From NCBI GenBank assembly GCA_031263105.1, contig JAISGJ010000220.1:1-33272 (forward strand): a DNA stretch of 33,272 nucleotides, given 5' to 3'. The DNA comes from Coriobacteriales bacterium. GTDB lineage: Bacteria; Actinomycetota; Coriobacteriia; Coriobacteriales; UBA8131. Below, piece after piece: positions 27,804-33,272 of this stretch. The translations under genes and the position numbers were made by a program. The notes beneath the pieces were generated by a model, which saw only the letters and a program-made list of their open reading frames with translations, made no database searches and was not told where the DNA came from. Within the stretch, counting starts at the first letter, position 1. Every line of letters begins with the position of its first letter.

Positions 27804-29495
27804 CTACTCCCACGGCTCAAGCGCTGCTGCGTTTTCTGCCGCCAACTTGCCGGTTATGATAGCCTCGGCGACATTGCCGGAGCCGTGATATAACATGCTG
27901 TATACTGACCCGCACTCGCCGCAGGCATAGAACCTGGGTATTTCATTGTCGTCATGGTCTAGACACCTGCAATCCAGGTTGCTGTGCTTGGGGCCACCCT
28001 GTGTATTGATGAAGGTCGGAACCAACTCGATGCTATAGAAAGGCGGGGTGACAATCGGGGACATTTCAGTGCGGCCATATTCAAGATCCAAGCCTTGAGT
28101 TGCGTACTCGTTGAAGTTGTTGACCGTCTCTTCGAGTGCGTCGGGGTTGATTCCTGCAATTTCTGCTAGCCCGCGAATCGTATCTGCCCTTTTGATGATT
28201 CCGTTTTCGATCTCTTTCGAGTTGTCGTCGCTCCATTCATACAGGCCATGGTTGACAGCGAAACCCATCACCTGCCTATTGTTGGTTACATAGAAGCCAG
28301 CGTTGCCCGCAAGCCTTCTTGTCTCGTCGAAGACTGCGAAGGAAGGCACTCCCCAGAAGTCACAAAGAGATGTCGGGTCATCGGCAAAGCCCTTGAAATA
28401 AATCGGGGGGAACTCCTTGGTATGGATTAGGCTCATGTCTTCGTTGTACATCCGCTCACCCGACTTGTTAACGATGCACCCTGAGTTCAGGCCTCGAAAA
28501 TCACTGAAGGTCGACTGGTCGTCGTCGTTGATTCTCACGCCCAGTCCCAGCCACTCGATTCCAGCCATATGCCATAGATCGGCTCCGACAGGACCGGCCA
28601 TATAAATCGCGTCACCACGGTTGAAGGGACTGCCGGCAGGATAGACACGAAGCCCGGGCATGACATGATAGTCAATCAGCTCAGGGCTGTTCTCATAACC
28701 CCCGCAGCAAAGCAGCACGCCTTTGGTTGCCTTGATAAAGATGTCCTTTCCCTCTTTATCCTGTGCCCGGCATCCGAGAACCTCCCGAGTATTCGGGTTT
28801 TGAAACAAGGCAAGACCGCGAGTCTCGTACATGACCCGAATCCCACGATCAGACACCCGTTGCGCAAGCATGTCGTGTAAGTCCTTACCGTTCGCAGGCT
28901 CGCCGTCTTCGCGTATGGCCCTGTTTTGATCAATTCCCGAATCGCCAACAGCCCCAGAGGCTGGGTTACCCGTCAATGGGTCAATCGGTACGGAGTCAGA
29001 GGTAAAGAAGTGTGAATAGTTGTGCACCGTCTGTCTGTGCTCGATTTCCAGGGTGTCCATCCAGTCGATGATGCCCTTATCGGCTTCGACCCAGTCTTTC
29101 AAATAGTTGTCTGGAGTGATATGGAAACAGAGCTTTTGAAGGTGCTCCAAGTAAAGACTCTCATCCCATACGCTTACCCAGCCACCTCCACATGCCGTTG
29201 AGTTGCCGCCTCTCAATTCTTCAGGAGCGACTTCTAGCACCAACGCATCCGCCCCCTGCATATTGGCGGCTATTGCGGCGGAGGCGCCAGCGAACCCATA
29301 ACCGATTATCAGGATTTCAGTCTCTAAATCCCATTTCTCCGGCATCCACGCCTCGGTCTCCTTTGGTGCTTCGGCTGCGGTTCCTGTCGTGCCCGGCGTA
29401 CAGCCGTTGAGGGCAGTGACAGTTGCCGCGCCCGCTACAGCAGCTGCGGTAATCGCACCACCTTTGAGAAAGTCCCGCCTTGTGAATTTATCCAT
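27804..29495 (-). CDS. Tat-exported FAD-dependent oxidoreductase (flavocytochrome c / fumarate reductase superfamily), substrate unknown
   Basis: TRRDFLKG Tat signal, LNGC lipobox, IGYGFAGASAA FAD motif, GGNS, CGGYE.S, NTQGGP and IPRFYACGE. RBS GAGGAG before ATG 29495. Confidence 0.92.
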   Translation of the reverse strand: MDKFTRRDFLKGGAITAAAVAGAATVTALNGCTPGTTGTAAEAPKETEAWMPEKWDLETEILIIGYGFAGASAAIAANMQGADALVLEVAPEELRGGNSTACGGGWVSVWDESLYLEHLQKLCFHITPDNYLKDWVEADKGIIDWMDTLEIEHRQTVHNYSHFFTSDSVPIDPLTGNPASGAVGDSGIDQNRAIREDGEPANGKDLHDMLAQRVSDRGIRVMYETRGLALFQNPNTREVLGCRAQDKEGKDIFIKATKGVLLCCGGYENSPELIDYHVMPGLRVYPAGSPFNRGDAIYMAGPVGADLWHMAGIEWLGLGVRINDDDQSTFSDFRGLNSGCIVNKSGERMYNEDMSLIHTKEFPPIYFKGFADDPTSLCDFWGVPSFAVFDETRRLAGNAGFYVTNNRQVMGFAVNHGLYEWSDDNSKEIENGIIKRADTIRGLAEIAGINPDALEETVNNFNEYATQGLDLEYGRTEMSPIVTPPFYSIELVPTFINTQGGPKHSNLDCRCLDHDDNEIPRFYACGECGSVYSMLYHGSGNVAEAIITGKLAAENAAALEPWE

Positions 29496-29604
29496 TACGT
29501 TCTCCTCTGCATCTTCCTGCACTGTTCCTTCACTATAGAAGCGAGAATCTAAATTCAGCTTCGAAGGCTGAAACAATTCTCCGAATCCGCCCAAAAGGCA
29601 GCAA

Positions 29605-29621
29605 TCACACATCTGGTGTGA
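29605..29621. promoter_or_regulatory. palindromic operator candidate TCACAC-N5-GTGTGA
   Basis: Perfect 6-bp arms in the divergent intergenic region between the reductase and the LuxR gene. A second TCACAC half-site is at 29637. Confidence 0.55.
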
Positions 29622-29780
29622 AAAACAGGTAAGCACTCACACGCGACGTGGCATTTGCTGCCTGACATCCATCGGGTGAGACCGCCTGATTCGAACTCGA
29701 TGGTTTTCTCTGTTTCACCCGCAACGTGTGAAGCGCGTAATGACTTGCCACACTACAATTGCATAGCACAGGGAGGAATC

Positions 29781-31202
29781 ATGTTGAAGAAAGCAACGCA
29801 GGAGGAAGCAAGCCTCGGTCGCAGCAAGTTGCTCGCCAGCGTGTCAAAAAGACTTCTGCCTTTGATTCTCGTTCTTCCCCGAGTATGGTCCTTATTCGCC
29901 TACCGCTCCTTGGGCGAGCAGGATCCCTCGATTATGACGATCTTTTATCTTGGGGAGGCTTTGGTCGCCGTTTTCGTCACAGTGGTAGTATCTGAACGAT
30001 TCAAAAGGATAGGAAGGCTTCTGTCCGCAATCGCTTATTCACGGACACTAGTGCTGATCCTCGGTGCATCGCCTGCTGCCATAGTGCTATTTGGTTCTCA
30101 TACAAATATCGCGCTCGTTCCGATTGCCGCTACCCTTAGTGGGATGTGTCGGGTCTGGCTATATTTCTTGTGCATCACCGTGTTGGGCAAGCTGGATAGT
30201 CGACATGCAATTGTCTATATTCTCGTCTCATTTTCACTTGCTGTGCTATTTCGATTGCCACTTGAGCTTCTGCCTCTTGACGTTGCCAGCCTCTTGGTCA
30301 TCCCGATACCTTTGTTATGTGTCGCAATCTGTCGAAAAGCCAAAAGCATCGCAGGCGACTCAATCGCTAACCCAAGACATTTCAAATCGCTGAGACATTT
30401 TGTTCCCTATATTGTCGTCATATTCGTTATCAGCATGGTGCTGGGTTGCTATCACAATACAATTAGCATCCACGTTCTTGATTTGCAGGTAATGGCTTAT
30501 GGGATTCTGTACAAGACCCTCGTTCCCTTGATTTTGCTAGTGTTCTTCATCAAGAATTCCCAGTTCATCAACCTTGGTCATATGTCACTTTTAACACTCC
30601 TGTTTGTGCTGACAATGCTGGTAGTATCCTTCTTCTTTGCTGGTAATGTTTTGATTGACGAGATGACATCCGATTATGCTCGTTGGACTTTTGAGATGTT
30701 GCTATTTGTGTCCTTGGTCGTCTTAGCTCGCCGCACGGACACCGATGTATTTCGTGTTTTCGGAGTCGGCTGGGCAACGGCAATGGTTGGCATGGCGCTC
30801 GGTGTTTTCGTTTGCGCGCCTCCGGGCTTTGACTTCGAATCTAGCTCAATGGTTCTGGTATTTATCTACACTCTTGTTGTCATGACGGTTGTCGTCGTAT
30901 TGTTCAATTTGAAGAACACCTTTGACTTCAGACTTATGGGCACGAGAACCAACCAAAAACAATCGGCTCAGGAGACCTATGAGGCCATACATGCCAAATG
31001 CCTAGAGTTACGGAATATCGAGCAGCTGACGCAGCGCGAACTTGAGATACTGCCCTTGATTTGCCTTGGACTCTCAAAGAGCGCCATAGCGAATCATCTG
31101 GTGATTTCCGAGAACACTGTTCGCACACATGCAAAGAACATCTACAGGAAGCTCAACATCCATAGCCGCCAAGACCTGTTGGATCTGTTATGGAGAATAT
31201 GA
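29781..31202 (+). CDS. multi-transmembrane LuxR-family transcriptional regulator
   Basis: About 12 TM segments, then LTQRELEIL...G.S...IA..L.ISENTVRTH.KNIY.KL.IHSRQDL. RBS GGAGG before ATG 29781. Confidence 0.92.
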   Translation: MLKKATQEEASLGRSKLLASVSKRLLPLILVLPRVWSLFAYRSLGEQDPSIMTIFYLGEALVAVFVTVVVSERFKRIGRLLSAIAYSRTLVLILGASPAAIVLFGSHTNIALVPIAATLSGMCRVWLYFLCITVLGKLDSRHAIVYILVSFSLAVLFRLPLELLPLDVASLLVIPIPLLCVAICRKAKSIAGDSIANPRHFKSLRHFVPYIVVIFVISMVLGCYHNTISIHVLDLQVMAYGILYKTLVPLILLVFFIKNSQFINLGHMSLLTLLFVLTMLVVSFFFAGNVLIDEMTSDYARWTFEMLLFVSLVVLARRTDTDVFRVFGVGWATAMVGMALGVFVCAPPGFDFESSSMVLVFIYTLVVMTVVVVLFNLKNTFDFRLMGTRTNQKQSAQETYEAIHAKCLELRNIEQLTQRELEILPLICLGLSKSAIANHLVISENTVRTHAKNIYRKLNIHSRQDLLDLLWRI

Positions 31203-31248
31203 CTGTTGCGAGCTTGCTCGCCCATCTTCAACGTGAGCGGAATGCTCG

Positions 31249-32709
31249 TCAGAGCACGGTGTATTTGGTTGCAGCAGATGTGCCGTTGCCGACTCTTTGC
31301 ACCCTGCCCTGACCAATCAGCTTGCTCAGTGAGTAGCGAACTTTAGCAAAGGTCAGACCCGTTGCCTTCTCAATCTGGCTTCGTGACAGGGGCTCTGTCC
31401 TTAAAGCCGCGAGTATCAAATCAATGTTACTCTTCTTGTCCCCCGTATCCTTCTCCAGGATTACGACAGGCTCATCCGGCTCGGCTCCTGCCGGTTTCAG
31501 TATCACCGTGAAATAGATGCCAGCATCAATAAAAGTGGGTGGCGCCATGTCAAGCGAGGCCAACTCTTCCAGAATCCGAGGAATCCCGCTGCCGAGCCTC
31601 TCTATGACGTTTTCCCCGCCATCGTCAACGACGTACTGGCATATCTCGGCAATCTTAGCGTTTCGCGTCTTTGAGCTGGTATGCCCAAGCTCATCTACTG
31701 ACAGGCCGTATAATCCGCCAGGATTACTGATAACCAGACGGTCGTCTTCAATGATGAGACTGATGTTTTGGAGCATGGACACAGGATTCATATCGCGATG
31801 AATCAGGGTGTTCGCGACCAACTCTCTGACCACAGATACGGGATACTCTCTGACATTGCGCACATGGCCGCTGCTCAGATTCAAAGTGAGCTCGTCGGTA
31901 TTGTGCTCAAGCCAGTGCAGGGTTTCGCTGAGTATCGTGGGGATCGGCCCATCTATCGAGTTGACATTGACGGCCCTAACCCTGTTGGGGCGGCTTTTCT
32001 TCTGTACGCTGACTTTGATTGAGTAATTTGGTAGAAACTGCTGAGGGAATATGCCCAAGGCTACTGCTCCGGCAACAGTCAGCTCGCCCTTGCGGTCGAT
32101 CACGCCTGTGCGAAACAGAATGTCCTCATCTTCCAATTTCGCAAGCGCTTGCGATTGTTTGCGCCGCCTTGCAATGTATGATTGCGTCAAATCCTTGTTC
32201 AAATCCTCAACTCTTGAGCCAGAGATGGTATCCTCATCAAAATGACTCGGACCGCGGCCAGCTATGAAGAACATCTCCTCTTGCGGCGAAAGGTGATAGT
32301 CACCATCGTAGAGCCTGATGTATGCCTTGCCGCTCTTCTCGATCTTGACTGGCTTCACCGTTCTGTCAGACTCCAGCACTCTTGCCCAAACGACCTGTTT
32401 GCTCCCAACGTTTATTAGAATGGTCTCAATAGTTATTGTGATCGAGAAGTTCTTGCGAGCGTAAGAGGCCAACGCCTGTTGGCACCGCTTTGGGTCATAT
32501 ACGCCAACGATGCTAAACTCAGCATTCTCGTCCACTCCGAGTATGATTACGCCGCCTCCTGGCGTATTGGCAAATGCAGACATTGTTTCCAATATGGATT
32601 CAGGCATTCCTCCAGAAGCAGTCTTTACCTCAAAATGGCGGTTATCGCTACGCTCTAACCGAAGTTCTGCGAGAACCGCATTGAGTCTGCTCAGGTCCAC
32701 CGTTTCCAT
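31249..32709 (-). CDS. second AlbA_2 (Schlafen-like) + HATPase_c_4 + wHTH protein
   Basis: EVK.A.GG.P, SAFANT.GGG.IILGVDE, YP...VRELVAN.LIHRD, SNPGGL, RN..I and ERLGSGIP. Start is uncertain (32709 or 32733). Confidence 0.88.
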   Translation of the reverse strand: METVDLSRLNAVLAELRLERSDNRHFEVKTASGGMPESILETMSAFANTPGGGVIILGVDENAEFSIVGVYDPKRCQQALASYARKNFSITITIETILINVGSKQVVWARVLESDRTVKPVKIEKSGKAYIRLYDGDYHLSPQEEMFFIAGRGPSHFDEDTISGSRVEDLNKDLTQSYIARRRKQSQALAKLEDEDILFRTGVIDRKGELTVAGAVALGIFPQQFLPNYSIKVSVQKKSRPNRVRAVNVNSIDGPIPTILSETLHWLEHNTDELTLNLSSGHVRNVREYPVSVVRELVANTLIHRDMNPVSMLQNISLIIEDDRLVISNPGGLYGLSVDELGHTSSKTRNAKIAEICQYVVDDGGENVIERLGSGIPRILEELASLDMAPPTFIDAGIYFTVILKPAGAEPDEPVVILEKDTGDKKSNIDLILAALRTEPLSRSQIEKATGLTFAKVRYSLSKLIGQGRVQRVGNGTSAATKYTVL

Positions 32710-32772
32710 ACATGCCCCATTTCTACTTTCCACTTGTCAGTTCTCAGCTCTCTCGAACGCCAGCCTCGGCAC

Positions 32773-32861
32773 CACCTAGACAAAACTAGGCAACTATTCT
32801 CTAAGACCTAGACATTTTCACTAAGCCTTGGACAATTTCCACCAAGACCTAGACAATATTG
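32773..32861. repeat. three to four imperfect 20-21 bp tandem repeats (core CCTAGACA) upstream of the AlbA_2 gene
   Basis: CTAAGACCTAGACATTTTCA (32801), CTAAGCCTTGGACAATTTCCA (32821), CCAAGACCTAGACAATATTG (32842), plus CCTAGACAAAACTAGG near 32775. Confidence 0.65.
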
Positions 32862-33210
32862 TTGCACGTTTCACTAGGTATGGCAAACCTTAGTCAGACT
32901 TCTCTCTTCTCTCTTCTGGCGAGTCGATGCAGAAAATGCTACTGTAGCACATGACACTACAGAAAAGGCTACACTGAATACCGAGGAGCGGGAGTCGCTG
33001 CGTTGCTTACGAGGGACGCACAATAGGCTCTCTGGCAGTCACACGATAGAAAGCAATCGACCCGTGAGCGCAACCGGCCAGAGAATCTCAGAGCTCGAAA
33101 GGCGATTGACTCTGTTGCGAGCCGACAGGGAGAAAATCGATAGCGAGATCGAAAGCCTAGGGAAGCGCCGATTTATTCCCCCTGAGCGCACCGCTTGCGT
33201 CAATCGTGTT

Positions 33211-33243
33211 ATGTGGCCCGCCTTGGCGGGCCACATTTTTTTT
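33211..33243 (+). terminator. intrinsic terminator
   Basis: ATGTGGCCCGCC-TT-GGCGGGCCACAT perfect inverted repeat followed by a T-run. Confidence 0.85.
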
Positions 33244-33272
33244 GATAGGCCCTGATATCGGCAAGAACATAA

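Overview
This is a high-GC actinobacterial chromosome window, most likely Coriobacteriia/Eggerthellaceae, inferred from the multi-TM LuxR regulator divergent from a Tat flavoprotein and multiheme cytochrome pair. From 1 to 10 kb it carries accessory and envelope genes: DUF1697, Imm5-like, YdhG/DUF1801, a GPH-family MFS transporter, tRNA-Val, tRNA-Asp, an HSL esterase, a Tat-lipoprotein GH3, an LPXTG surface protein and a SanA/amidase fusion. From about 10 to 27 kb lies a defence island with a Type I R-M locus (hsdM-rhuM'-hsdS1-tyrosine recombinase-hsdS2-hsdR), a MntA/HepT toxin-antitoxin pair, an MmeI-like type IIL R-M enzyme, a Swt1-like HEPN protein, an AlbA_2/Schlafen-HATPase protein and small remnants. 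From 27 to 33 kb there is a respiratory reductase module and a second AlbA_2 protein. Three structures visible in the DNA stand out. (1) Four copies of a 14-15 bp site, ATAAATCATCGTTTA, in alternating orientation make the hsdS region a shufflon, with a cryptic in-frame leader that could express half-HsdS subunits. (2) A four-copy MITE family has GTTACYGTTCACAC ends, REP-like cargo and 8-bp target duplications, and one insertion has its empty paralogous site in the same window. (3) A diverged ~200-bp direct repeat supplies the same leader/promoter to both R-M systems and brackets the Type I + TA block. Family assignments come from motif recognition only; no searches were run.
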